Below, in pieces: positions 17,912 through 27,336 of a DNA stretch of 62,394 bases. How positions within the stretch are numbered: the first letter of the stretch is position 1; every line of letters starts with the position of its first letter. The position numbers were made by a program, and so were the translations under genes. A model generated the notes under the pieces. That model ran no database searches. It saw nothing but the letters and a program-made list of their open reading frames with translations, and was not told the DNA's origin. The DNA is from Acutalibacteraceae bacterium (GTDB taxonomy: Bacteria; Bacillota; Clostridia; Oscillospirales; Acutalibacteraceae), in contig JAZUJA010000087.1 in NCBI GenBank assembly GCA_045642495.1, positions 1 to 62,394 of the forward strand. Reading direction: 5' to 3'.

Positions 17912-18657
17912 GGGAGTTTTCGTTTCATAAAATATGTCTTATCGCTCTTTGCCTTTCGGCAACAAGCGCAGTTAAGGGCTTTTCCGAAAATGTTTTTTCA
18001 TTTTTGATTTCCATAATAATTTCCGCCGTTTTGATCGCGGCGATGATAATTGCCGCAAGGCTCAATAAAAGCGGATTTTGTTTAAGGGTTTTCGCCTTTT
18101 TGGGACTTGCCTTTTCACTTTTTTATTTTCTGATTTTCGCTCAAAATTATATGGAAAAGGGGAACGGCTGCTTTCTTATAACCCTTTGCTTTTTTGTTCC
18201 CGTTTTGTATCTTGCCAAAAAAGAAAAAAGCGCCGTTTACAGAATATCTCTGATTCTTTTTATTCTCGTGGCGTTTTCAGCCGTTATTTTGGTTGGTATA
18301 ACATCCGGCGGAAATGAAAACGCAAATTTCGGCAAAGATATTTGGGGCAACATTTTTTTGAATGTTTCGGGAATTGTTTCGGGCGCGGCGGCAATCTGCT
18401 TTTGCGATGCCGATAAAAAGCAGGCCGCTTTCGGTATGATATGCGGTTTTATTTTATGCGGCGCATATTTTCTTATCTCGCTTTCGGGTGCAAATATGCA
18501 ATTTCCGCCTGCCTCGGCGGTTTCGGTTTACAGCGTTGGCAGGCATTTTATCCGCCTTGACGGTCTTATCTTCGGCTCTGTTTATGTGGCCTCTGTTTTG
18601 AAATTTACGGTCTGCTTAAAAGTTTTGTTGCATAAAAAAAGAGTGCCCTTATCGTAA
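17908..18657 (+). CDS. Polytopic membrane protein, possibly a short or divergent GerAB-type subunit
   Basis: About 7 hydrophobic helices. It occupies the third position of a gerA-type operon. TTG start overlaps the upstream stop. No strong motif was recognised. Confidence 0.35.
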   Translation: MREFSFHKICLIALCLSATSAVKGFSENVFSFLISIIISAVLIAAMIIAARLNKSGFCLRVFAFLGLAFSLFYFLIFAQNYMEKGNGCFLITLCFFVPVLYLAKKEKSAVYRISLILFILVAFSAVILVGITSGGNENANFGKDIWGNIFLNVSGIVSGAAAICFCDADKKQAAFGMICGFILCGAYFLISLSGANMQFPPASAVSVYSVGRHFIRLDGLIFGSVYVASVLKFTVCLKVLLHKKRVPLS

Positions 18658-18667
18658 GAGCACTCTT
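18633..18667 (-). terminator. Intrinsic terminator for rubrerythrin, overlapping the 3' end of the convergent membrane-protein gene
   Basis: AAGAGTGC (18639-18646) pairs with GCACTCTT (18660-18667). A T-run follows on the minus strand (A-run 18634-18640 on the plus strand). Confidence 0.6.
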
Positions 18668-18683
18668 AAAAATAGACTTTTTA

Positions 18684-19220
18684 TCAATAATTTTCTTCTC
18701 TGAGTTCAAAATATGCCTGCGGATGAGCGCAAACGGGGCAAACCTCGGGTGCTTTTGTGCCAACGATGATGTGGCCGCAATTTCTGCATTCCCAAACCTT
18801 AACCTCGCTCTTTTTGAACACTTCCTGCGCTTCAACATTTTGAAGAAGTGCGCGGTATCTTTCCTCATGATGCTTTTCAATTTCAGCAACCATACGGAAT
18901 TTTGCCGCAAGCTCCGTAAAGCCTTCTTTTTCTGCGGTTTCGGCAAAACCGGCGTACATATCGGTCCATTCAAAGTTTTCGCCGTCTGCGGCGGATTTAA
19001 GATTTTCGGCGGTTGAGCCTAAACCCTCAAGCTCCTTAAACCACATTTTTGCGTGTTCCTTTTCATTATCTGCGGTTTTAAGGAAAAGAGCCGAAATCTG
19101 CTCAAATCCCTCTTTTTTTGCCTTTGATGCAAAATAGGTGTATTTATTTCTTGCCTGGCTTTCACCGGCAAATGCTGTCATAAGGTTTTTCTCGGTTTGT
19201 GTTCCTGAGTACTTTGACAT
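18684..19220 (-). CDS. rbr: Rubrerythrin
   Basis: Diiron ExxH repeats (GESQARNKY ... EKEHAKMW ... [10 protein letters not shown]) and a C-terminal rubredoxin CRNCG...CPVC. Start at MSKY follows GAGGAG. Confidence 0.9.
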   Translation of the reverse strand: MSKYSGTQTEKNLMTAFAGESQARNKYTYFASKAKKEGFEQISALFLKTADNEKEHAKMWFKELEGLGSTAENLKSAADGENFEWTDMYAGFAETAEKEGFTELAAKFRMVAEIEKHHEERYRALLQNVEAQEVFKKSEVKVWECRNCGHIIVGTKAPEVCPVCAHPQAYFELREENY

Positions 19221-19275
19221 TAAAAACAACTCCTCGAATATATTATATCCCTTTTAGTTCAAAAAATTATGCGCC

Positions 19276-20418
19276 CTAAGCAGTTGCGTTTGCCTGAACA
19301 TTTTCGGGATAAGTTATTTTCTTTGTTGTGATATGGTCAACTACGGAAGCAATGATTTCGATTTTAAGAGCGGAGAGAGTTTTATCAATATCACTTTTAA
19401 GTTCATCATTTGCGAGCATTTTTCTAAGTGTATCATTGTATATGCTTATATAATACGGATCTTCGCTAATGTCTCTTTTATAGATGAGAACAAGCTTCTG
19501 GCCACCGTTCTTTTCGATCAGCTTTACTTCGCCTGCTTCCATAGCTTTTACATCTTCAAAATAGGGTGAAGAAAGGGAAGAAATGGAAGAATAATAGGTT
19601 GAGTCTTCGTCAATATCCTCAGCGCAGATTATCTGTGCAAGGTTGTCCATAGGTGTTGTTTCGTCAGGGCTTTCGTTAAGCTTTGCATAACCCTCGTCAG
19701 CTGCGGAAAGACCGTTATATTCGTTATAAGCATCAAGGAAAGACTTTCCGTTTTTAACTTCATCTAAAGTTGTGTTGATCTTTTCCTTTGTTGCTTTCTG
19801 TTCGGTATCTTCAAGGGTTGAAAGATCCTCTTCAATTATATCAACAAGGAAGAAATTATCGGTAAGAACCTTTTTAACGGCTTCATCATCAGCCTTTTTG
19901 GTGCCATCTTCCTTACCGTAGGTATGCTCAAAATATTCGCTTGCATAGTTAAGATCAAGAGAATATTCAACAAATGTTTCCTTTGAAACACCATTCGGTT
20001 CAAGGAACTCGCTGTAACCGTAACCGCTCCAATAGCTTTCGGCGCTGGACTTTGTTGAAACATTTAATGTTTCTTCAATGGTGATATCGTTTGCCTTGCA
20101 AAGCTCTTTATAAGCCACAACTTCTTTAATGGCCTTTATAGCTTTATCCTTAACATATTCGCCGTATGCTTTGCCGTCGATCTTCTGCTTTTCATAATCA
20201 ATATCGGTTACATTTTCGCCTTTCTCGTTAAGGTCGCTTTCAACCTTTGAGCGAGCTTCACTGTCAGCAAAGAAAAGGGCGCAGGCATAATAGCCGGAAG
20301 AGAAGGTGTAATCGCCGATTTTGATAGCTGTTTCATTCTTCTTATGGCAAGAAGCAAAACAGGTAACAAGAAGAGCAACACAGAGCATAAGCGCTGCTAT
20401 TTTACTGATTATTTTCAT
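19276..20418 (-). CDS. Lipoprotein, possibly a SurA-N/PrsA-like chaperone without a recognisable parvulin motif
   Basis: Lipobox LLVTCFASC. The position downstream of mfd is where PrsA-like genes often sit in Clostridia (from memory). Sequence evidence for function is weak. Confidence 0.35.
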   Translation of the reverse strand: MKIISKIAALMLCVALLVTCFASCHKKNETAIKIGDYTFSSGYYACALFFADSEARSKVESDLNEKGENVTDIDYEKQKIDGKAYGEYVKDKAIKAIKEVVAYKELCKANDITIEETLNVSTKSSAESYWSGYGYSEFLEPNGVSKETFVEYSLDLNYASEYFEHTYGKEDGTKKADDEAVKKVLTDNFFLVDIIEEDLSTLEDTEQKATKEKINTTLDEVKNGKSFLDAYNEYNGLSAADEGYAKLNESPDETTPMDNLAQIICAEDIDEDSTYYSSISSLSSPYFEDVKAMEAGEVKLIEKNGGQKLVLIYKRDISEDPYYISIYNDTLRKMLANDELKSDIDKTLSALKIEIIASVVDHITTKKITYPENVQANATA

Positions 20419-20497
20419 ATAAATTTCCTCCAAAAGACAAAATAACATGATAATTATATACCATATCTTATAAAAATGCAAATATTTATTGCAACGA

Positions 20498-23400
20498 TTA
20501 GGTTTTAAGGGGTAAAATTTTTGAAAGTTTTGAAACAATATCGGTTTGATTTTCGCCGCTTTTAAGTTTTATGGTGTAAAGCGGTGTTGATGCGGCGGAT
20601 ATAACAAACCTATCGCCGAAGCCTGCCGCCAGAGCCGCTGCTGTTTCGCCGTTTATTTCGTTTGTGTGCAAAACAACCGCTTTTTCGCTGCCGGTTATTT
20701 CGCTTATTCCGTTATCCTGCGCTCTGGCACGCAAAAGCGCTATATCCATAAGTCCCAAAACAACCTTGGGCGGATCGCCGAAACGGTCGCAAAGTTCATC
20801 CTGAACATCGGCGGCATCCTCGGGCGTTCTTATATCGGCAATTCGCTTGTATATTCCGAGGCGTGCCGGAAGTGACTCAATATAACTTTCGGGAATATGC
20901 GCCGAAATGTTAAGGTCAACGGTGCATTCGTTTTGCGGCTTGACCTCCTCGCCCGATTCTTCCCCAACCGCTTCGGAAAGCAGTTTTAAGTACATATCGT
21001 AGCCAACGGCTTCCATATTTCCGTGTTGTTCGCCGCCCAAAATACTGCCGGCTCCCCTTATTTCAAGGTCGCGAAGTGCGATTTTGAAGCCGGAGCCGAA
21101 CTCGGTGAATTGTCTTATCGCCTCAAGGCGCTTTGATGATATTTCGGATAATCCTTTTCCGGAATTATAGCAGAAATAGGCATACGCTCTGCGAGGGGAA
21201 CGACCCACACGACCTCTTAACTGATGAAGCTGAGATAGTCCCATTCGGTCAGCATCCTCGATTATCAGCGTGTTGCAGTTAGGCACATCAACGCCGGTTT
21301 CTATAATGGTTGTGCAAACAAGAACATCAATTTCGTGTTCAAGAAGTCGCGACCAAACCTCGTTAAGCTCATCCTCGCTCATTTTTCCGTGGGCAATTCC
21401 AATGCGCGCGCCGGGAAGTCGTTCTTTAAGCTTTGCGGCACAGCGCACGATTGAATCAACGCGGTTATGCAGATAATAAACCTGACCGCCGCGGCGCATT
21501 TCTTTTAATATCGCATCGGTCAAAACACCGTTGTTTTGCTCTAAAACATAGGTTTGAACGGGGTGACGGTCACCGGGTGCTTCGTCAATGGAGGACATAT
21601 CTCTAAGTCCGCTCATCGCCATATTGAGTGTTCGCGGAATAGGTGTTGCGGAAAGGGTTAAAATATCAACAAACGGATAAAGCTCTTTAAGCCGTTCCTT
21701 TTGCGCAACGCCGAAGCGCTGTTCCTCGTCAATGATAACAAGTCCGGGATTTTTGAAGGTTATATCCTTTGAAATTATGCGGTGAGTACCGATAACCATA
21801 TCGACTCTGCCGCTTTTAAGTCCCGCTATCGTCTTAGTCTGTTCTTTTTTGGGAACAAATCGGGATAGCAGCTTAACCTCTATCGGCAGTTCGCCGAAGC
21901 GGCGCTTTACTGTTTGAAAATGCTGGGCGGCAAGAATGGTTGTCGGGCATAAAAGAACACATTGTTTTCCCTCGCTTACGCACTTAAAAGCGGCACGAAG
22001 CGCAACCTCGGTTTTGCCGAACCCAACATCGCCGCAAAGCAGACGGTCCATCGGAACAGCCCTTTCCATATCGCCCTTTATCTCGTTTATGCAGCGAAGC
22101 TGATCCTCTGTTTCCTCATATTCAAAGCGACGCTCAAAATCATTTTGCAGGTCGGTGTCGGGTGAAAAAGCATATCCCTTTGCCGCCATTCGCTTGGCAT
22201 AAAGCGCCGTTAATTCCTTTGCCATATTTTTAACGGCGGCACGAACGCGCGAGCGGGTTTTCTGCCATTCGGAAGACCCTAATTTATTAAGGCGCAGATT
22301 TTCTTTTTCGGCGGCGCCGATATATTTTGAAACAAGATCAAGCTGGGTTACGGGGACATATAAAACATCGCTTCCGGTATAGGTTATCTTGATATAATCC
22401 TTTGTGATTTTGCCGTTTTTAATGCGGTTTATTCCCGCAAAAATGCCGATACCGTGTGACGCGTGAACAACATAATCGCCTGCCTGCAATTCATCAAGCG
22501 AGCCGATTTCCTTTGCGTTTTTAATTTTTCTGCGTTTTATTTTTCCCTCGCCCGAAACAAAGCGGTGGGTTATAAGGGAAAAGTTAAGAGAGGGAATTTC
22601 AAATCCGCTTGAAAGTCCGCCTGTTGCAACAAAAACGCCTTTCCCCTCGGGAATGTTTTCAAGATCATCAATAATCGCGGCATTTATTTTTTTATCGTTT
22701 AATTCGCCGCATAAAACCTTTGCCGCTTTTTCTTCACCGGCTAAAATAACCGCCGTTCCGCCGAGCGCCAATGTGTGCGAAAGGTCCTCGCAAAGCACGG
22801 TCATATCGCCGCTCCAGGGGGAGTTGCGCTTAAAGTCAAACGAAATAAGCTCTTTAAGCGGAACGGAATAAGAAGCACGGGGGAAATTCTCTAAATAAAC
22901 GGGATCGCCGCAAAGTTTTTGAAACTCGCCTTTTGAAAGGCGCAGCTTTGCCGTTTTTTCGGATAATTCGCCGCTTTCAAGTTTTATTTTAACATCCTCG
23001 GCTTCAAGCAAAAGGATATTTTTTATGCGGTCTTTTATGTTTGCCGATTCCAAAAGGAAAACGGTTGCCCCGTTCATATAGTCAAAAACGGTTGCCGGGC
23101 GGTCGTATAAAAACGGAATATAAAGATCAGCAGGCACAAAAAGCCCGTTATTCATATCCTCTATATCGCGCTCGATATACTTTCGCTGATCATCGGTGAA
23201 CTTATGCTTTGAAGAAAGATAACGTGAAAGTTTTTCGCAAAGCGCCTTATTGTCGTGCATAAGCTCTTCTGCCGGGAAAATATCAATTTGGTCAAGCGGA
23301 TCTTCTCGCCGCTGTGTTTCAATATCAAAGGGCGAAAGATTATCAATTTCATCTCCCCAAAGCTCAATGCGGTAGGGCGATTTTTCGGAGGGCGAAAAAA

Positions 23401-23932
23401 CATCGATAATATCGCCGCGAACGGCAAACTGACCAACGCCCTCAACGGTTTCGCACCGAACATATCCGCACTCGGTAAGTTTTTCGCAAAAATCGGAAAT
23501 GTTAAGCGAATCGCCCGGTTTCAGCCGCAGGGCATATTCCTCTAAAAGCTCGGGCGGCAGGGTGTATTGCATAGCCGCATCGATCGATGCGATAAGAACG
23601 CACGATTCCCCGCCAAGTAATCTTGACAGGGTGTTTATTCTTTTATGTTCATATTCTTTTGAATAGCCGGTTATATGGGCAAGATTATAGTCCCTTGAAG
23701 GGAGCAAAAGCGCTTTTACAGAAAGTGAACGCAGATCCTCGTAAAGCGCGTTGGCTGATGCTTCGCTGTCGGTTATAACAAGTTTTTTTGCCGTTTTGAT
23801 GTTGGCGATAAAAAGCGCCTTATGAACGGCGGCAAGTCCGCTGCACGCAACGGGCAGATCGCCTGCCGTTATCGCCTTTTGAAGGCGAATGAAATCCTGC
23901 TCTTTTGATAAAATACTGTTAAATACTGCCAT
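20498..23932 (-). CDS. mfd: Transcription-repair coupling factor
   Basis: 1144 aa with a superfamily-2 helicase core (GDVGFGKTEVALRAAF, DEEQRFGV, QLHQLRGRVGR) and a CarD-like domain. The ATG at 23932 overlaps the pth stop. Confidence 0.95.
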   Translation of the reverse strand: MAVFNSILSKEQDFIRLQKAITAGDLPVACSGLAAVHKALFIANIKTAKKLVITDSEASANALYEDLRSLSVKALLLPSRDYNLAHITGYSKEYEHKRINTLSRLLGGESCVLIASIDAAMQYTLPPELLEEYALRLKPGDSLNISDFCEKLTECGYVRCETVEGVGQFAVRGDIIDVFSPSEKSPYRIELWGDEIDNLSPFDIETQRREDPLDQIDIFPAEELMHDNKALCEKLSRYLSSKHKFTDDQRKYIERDIEDMNNGLFVPADLYIPFLYDRPATVFDYMNGATVFLLESANIKDRIKNILLLEAEDVKIKLESGELSEKTAKLRLSKGEFQKLCGDPVYLENFPRASYSVPLKELISFDFKRNSPWSGDMTVLCEDLSHTLALGGTAVILAGEEKAAKVLCGELNDKKINAAIIDDLENIPEGKGVFVATGGLSSGFEIPSLNFSLITHRFVSGEGKIKRRKIKNAKEIGSLDELQAGDYVVHASHGIGIFAGINRIKNGKITKDYIKITYTGSDVLYVPVTQLDLVSKYIGAAEKENLRLNKLGSSEWQKTRSRVRAAVKNMAKELTALYAKRMAAKGYAFSPDTDLQNDFERRFEYEETEDQLRCINEIKGDMERAVPMDRLLCGDVGFGKTEVALRAAFKCVSEGKQCVLLCPTTILAAQHFQTVKRRFGELPIEVKLLSRFVPKKEQTKTIAGLKSGRVDMVIGTHRIISKDITFKNPGLVIIDEEQRFGVAQKERLKELYPFVDILTLSATPIPRTLNMAMSGLRDMSSIDEAPGDRHPVQTYVLEQNNGVLTDAILKEMRRGGQVYYLHNRVDSIVRCAAKLKERLPGARIGIAHGKMSEDELNEVWSRLLEHEIDVLVCTTIIETGVDVPNCNTLIIEDADRMGLSQLHQLRGRVGRSPRRAYAYFCYNSGKGLSEISSKRLEAIRQFTEFGSGFKIALRDLEIRGAGSILGGEQHGNMEAVGYDMYLKLLSEAVGEESGEEVKPQNECTVDLNISAHIPESYIESLPARLGIYKRIADIRTPEDAADVQDELCDRFGDPPKVVLGLMDIALLRARAQDNGISEITGSEKAVVLHTNEINGETAAALAAGFGDRFVISAASTPLYTIKLKSGENQTDIVSKLSKILPLKT

Positions 23933-24522
23933 CACCTGCTGTATTTGTTCATAGCGCGATCAATACCGTCGGTTAAAATCGCCAAAGCGGCATCCGCAGC
24001 ATTTTCAAGCGCTTTTTTATAATCCTCTCGTTCTTCTTCGGGCAGTTTGCCGAGCACCCAGTTTTTAAGATCGCTTGAACGGTCGGGACGTTCACCGACG
24101 CCGATTTTTATCCTCGGTATTTCTTCCGTTCCGCTAAGCTCGATTATATCTTTAATGCCGTTGTGTCCGCCGGCACTGCCTTTTCTTCTTATGCGAATTT
24201 TTCCAACGCCCTGCGTTATATCATCGAATATAACAACGGTGTTTTCGGGCGGGATTTTATAAAAGCCCGTGATTTGCGTATATGCCGTGCCGGAAGAATT
24301 CATATAGGTTTGCGGTTTTGCTATCATAACCCTAACACCCTCAAAATCCGCCTCGGCAATAACAGATTCAAATTTATGCGATTTGAATTCGCAGGATAAT
24401 TTTTTCGCCAAAATATCGGCGGCACAAAATCCGGCGTTATGTCGTGTGTTTTCATAAATAAGGCCCGGATTGCCAAGCCCCATTATCAAAAATCGCTTTT
24501 TGTTTTGCTTTAAAAAAAACAT
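23932..24522 (-). CDS. pth: Peptidyl-tRNA hydrolase
   Basis: GLGNPG...YENTRHNAGF and GGHNGIKD motifs. Confidence 0.9.
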   Translation of the reverse strand: MFFLKQNKKRFLIMGLGNPGLIYENTRHNAGFCAADILAKKLSCEFKSHKFESVIAEADFEGVRVMIAKPQTYMNSSGTAYTQITGFYKIPPENTVVIFDDITQGVGKIRIRRKGSAGGHNGIKDIIELSGTEEIPRIKIGVGERPDRSSDLKNWVLGKLPEEEREDYKKALENAADAALAILTDGIDRAMNKYSR

Positions 24523-24647
24523 TTTTAATCACCGCTATGTAATATAACACATATTTCATATTTATTCAAGATATATTACCTTTAATCTTGACTTTAAGGC
24601 GGTATGGTGATAATATGTAAGTCAATGATATAAGGGGGTAAAGCGTA

Positions 24648-25391
24648 ATGCAAAACCGAAAAGAAGAATATTCTGAAAAAGTCATATCCTTTTCAGTTAA
24701 GGATTTTTTATATTTGATGGTTCAGAAAAAAATATATGTTTCTTTAATTGTTTTGATTTCCGTTGTTTGTTCTGTGATTTATGCAAAGTTTTATTATAAG
24801 CCGCAATATGTTTCATGCGCTAAAATCGTTGTTATAAGCACTTCCGATACCGGAAACATAAGCCAAAATGAAATCAGTATTTCATCTTCTCTTGTTAAGG
24901 ATTACAGTGAGCTTATTGTTGACCGCACGGTGCTTGAAGAGGTTGCGAGGGAGCTTAATTATCCCGTTTCTTATGAAGCGCTTAAAAGTATGGTAAGTGT
25001 TAACAACCCTGAACTTTCAAGAATACTTGAGGTTTATGTTACATCCCCCGATCCGCATTTATCAAAAAGCATTGCTGATAAGATCTGCGAGGTAGGCAGG
25101 GTTAAGATACTTGATATTTTGGGCGTTGATAAGGTCAACAAATTTTCCGATGCATATCTTCCTGCGGGCGGAACGAATATTTCTTTCTTAAAATCAATCG
25201 TTTTGGGATTGTTTGCCGGCGTTATCCTTTCTATGATTTTTGTTTTTGTTTGCCTTTACTTCAATGATAAAATCAGCGGCGAAAAGGATATTGAAAAATA
25301 CCTCGGCATTTGCACGCTTGGCACTATTCCTTATAACCGGTTAAAACAGAAAAACGGTTCCCATTCTGATAAAAAGGCGGTGAAGGGATAA
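24648..25391 (+). CDS. Wzz-type polysaccharide co-polymerase / BY-kinase transmembrane modulator (CpsC/YwqC-like)
   Basis: N-terminal transmembrane helix, the PQYVS...KIVVIS Wzz block, and a C-terminal transmembrane helix. Confidence 0.75.
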   Translation: MQNRKEEYSEKVISFSVKDFLYLMVQKKIYVSLIVLISVVCSVIYAKFYYKPQYVSCAKIVVISTSDTGNISQNEISISSSLVKDYSELIVDRTVLEEVARELNYPVSYEALKSMVSVNNPELSRILEVYVTSPDPHLSKSIADKICEVGRVKILDILGVDKVNKFSDAYLPAGGTNISFLKSIVLGLFAGVILSMIFVFVCLYFNDKISGEKDIEKYLGICTLGTIPYNRLKQKNGSHSDKKAVKG

Positions 25392-26122
25392 TGGAAAATT
25401 ATAAAGATATGCTTTCTTCTGCCGGTGAAAGCAAAGCAAAAAAGGTTTTTTTCAACACAACTTCTTCCGAAAATTACCTTACAAACGAGGCATATAAAAC
25501 CCTTCGTACAAATATTCTTTTTTGCGGAAGCGATATCAAAACGATAGTTATAACTTCCTGCAATGAAAATGAGGGTAAAAGTACAATTTCAACCGAGCTT
25601 TCGAAAAGTCTTGCCGAAAGCGGAAAAAGAACCCTTCTTATCGATGCGGATATGCGCAAATCGGTTATGCTTAAAAACCGCAAGCAAAAGGAAATTACCG
25701 GTCTTTCCGAGGTGCTTTCGGGTCAAACTTCGGCATCAGAGGTTATTTTCTCAACGCAGGACAGTCGTTTTGATGTTATGTTTACCGGTCATTTTCCCCC
25801 GAATCCCGTTGAGCTTTTGGGCGGAACAAAGCTTAAAGAAATGCTTTCGGAGCTTTCAAAGGTTTATGATTATATCATTATTGATTCTCCCCCGCTTGAG
25901 CCGGTTATCGATGCGGCAGTTATCGCCGCTGTTTGCGATGGCGCGATAATGGTTATCGCAAGGCATAAGGTCAGCCGAAAGGTTGCGATGAATGTTAAAG
26001 AGCAGCTCCAAAAAAGCGGAACACGCATTTTGGGCGCCGTTGTTAACGAGATTTGCCGTCCTTCTTATGCCAGCGGATATTACTATAAAAAGAAAAAATC
26101 ATCATATTATACAAGCGATTAA
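25391..26122 (+). CDS. CpsD/CapB-family bacterial tyrosine kinase (YwqD/PtkA-like)
   Basis: Walker A NENEGKST, A' LLIDADMRKS, B IIIDSPP, and a C-terminal Tyr cluster YASGYYYKKKKSSYYTSD. TAATG overlap with the modulator gene. Confidence 0.85.
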   Translation: MENYKDMLSSAGESKAKKVFFNTTSSENYLTNEAYKTLRTNILFCGSDIKTIVITSCNENEGKSTISTELSKSLAESGKRTLLIDADMRKSVMLKNRKQKEITGLSEVLSGQTSASEVIFSTQDSRFDVMFTGHFPPNPVELLGGTKLKEMLSELSKVYDYIIIDSPPLEPVIDAAVIAAVCDGAIMVIARHKVSRKVAMNVKEQLQKSGTRILGAVVNEICRPSYASGYYYKKKKSSYYTSD

Positions 26123-26126
26123 AAGC

Positions 26127-26163
26127 AAAAAAGCCGTCCGAATTTTCGGGCGGCTTGATTTTT
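26127..26163. terminator. Bidirectional terminator between the BY-kinase and the convergent holin-like gene
   Basis: AAGCCGTCCGAA (26131-26142) pairs with TTCGGGCGGCTT (26145-26156), with A and T runs on the two flanks. Confidence 0.8.
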
Positions 26164-26359
26164 ATGCGGCTTCGGGAATACCCGCAACCGAGGTCAGCAG
26201 GGATAAAACACCTGCTGTTATGGCGGTTAAAACCACCGTCTTTAAGTCAACGCGGCTTATTAACGCCGATGTGCCTATGCCTGCGGCGGCAGACTGCGCA
26301 ACGGTTTTAAGCGCCCTTATCATCGCGGCCTTAAACCATTTTTTAGTTAAAACATTCAT
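26162..26359 (-). CDS. Small holin-like membrane protein
   Basis: 65 aa. The pattern KAAMIRALKTVAQSAAAGIG...LTAITAGVLSLLTSVAG resembles r1t-type phage holins from memory. A strong RBS (AAGGAGG) lies 13 nt after the amidase stop. Confidence 0.55.
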   Translation of the reverse strand: MNVLTKKWFKAAMIRALKTVAQSAAAGIGTSALISRVDLKTVVLTAITAGVLSLLTSVAGIPEAA

Positions 26360-26371
26360 ATAAAAACCTCC

Positions 26372-27277
26372 TTATTTAAGCAGAGCGTTTACAATACTTT
26401 GAATTTGTGTGTAATTATATCCGGCGGCGATAAGTCTGTTTTTGCGGTCTTGTCCGTTGCCCCAAGCGCCGTTTATCACCTCGCGCGCTACCGTTTCATT
26501 GGATTTCGGTTTATTCATCGGTGTACCCAAAGCGGCATTTACAAGAGCTTGAATTTCATCATAATCATATCCGGCGGCAGTAAGCCTTTCACGGCGAACA
26601 TTTCCGTTGCCCCAAACTCCCGCAATAACTTCATTCGCGATCTCCTGCGCCGATTTGGCACGGGAGGTTTTGTTTTCGGTTACAGTCGGCGCGGCGGTTG
26701 GCTCAGTTACGCTGAGTCCCGCCTTTGATACGATAACATTAAAAAAGCTTTGTGCCGCCTTTTCGGCAAAATCATCGGTTAGGATAACGGGGGTGTCGGT
26801 CGTGCTGTCCATAAAGCCGCATTCCATTAAAACGGCGGGCATTTTAGTTTCCCTGCATTCGCCGAAATCCGCACTTTTTATGCCGTTTGAACGGTTGCCT
26901 TTAAGCCCCGTTTGCTTGATTATTTCATTGTAAAAAGCATTTTGCCAGGCTTTGGTTTGCTCGTTAACCTTAAGATAAACATAGGCTTCAATTCCGCCGC
27001 CCGAACCGCCGTTTATTCCGGCGTTATGATGTACGGCAAGATAAAGATCGGCATTTGAGTTGTTGGCGGCTTTTGCGCGGGCGCTTATCGAAATATCCTT
27101 ACCGCCGTCTATTCGCAAAACGGAAATTCCGCCTACCGTGCTTAATTTATTCTGCAATTTATCGCAGATGCGCTTATTTAATACATATTCGCGTGTTTCA
27201 TTAGGATCAATGGATTTAAGACATCTTTTGCCGGGTGTTTCAAATCCGTGACCTGCGTTGAGCGCTAATAAAAACAT
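26372..27277 (-). CDS. N-acetylmuramoyl-L-alanine amidase (Amidase_3) with two C-terminal CW_7 (Cpl-7-type) repeats
   Basis: LALNAGHG...LAVHHNA...ECGFMDS amidase_3 pattern. Two repeats: VIAGVWGNGNVRRERLTAAGYDYDEIQALVN and VINGAWGNGQDRKNRLIAAGYNYTQIQSIVN. Start at the ATG at 27277 follows GGGAG. Confidence 0.85.
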   Translation of the reverse strand: MFLLALNAGHGFETPGKRCLKSIDPNETREYVLNKRICDKLQNKLSTVGGISVLRIDGGKDISISARAKAANNSNADLYLAVHHNAGINGGSGGGIEAYVYLKVNEQTKAWQNAFYNEIIKQTGLKGNRSNGIKSADFGECRETKMPAVLMECGFMDSTTDTPVILTDDFAEKAAQSFFNVIVSKAGLSVTEPTAAPTVTENKTSRAKSAQEIANEVIAGVWGNGNVRRERLTAAGYDYDEIQALVNAALGTPMNKPKSNETVAREVINGAWGNGQDRKNRLIAAGYNYTQIQSIVNALLK

Positions 27278-27304
27278 AATATAATCTCCCTTTTCCGGGC
27301 GCAT

Positions 27305-27336
27305 ATAAAAGACCCTCCGAAGAAAATCGGAGGGTC
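27305..27336 (-). terminator. Strong intrinsic terminator between ireB and the amidase start codon
   Basis: On the minus strand, GACCCTCCGA-TTTTCT-TCGGAGGGTC (27336-27311) is followed by TTTTAT. The amidase ATG lies only about 28 nt downstream. Confidence 0.75.
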
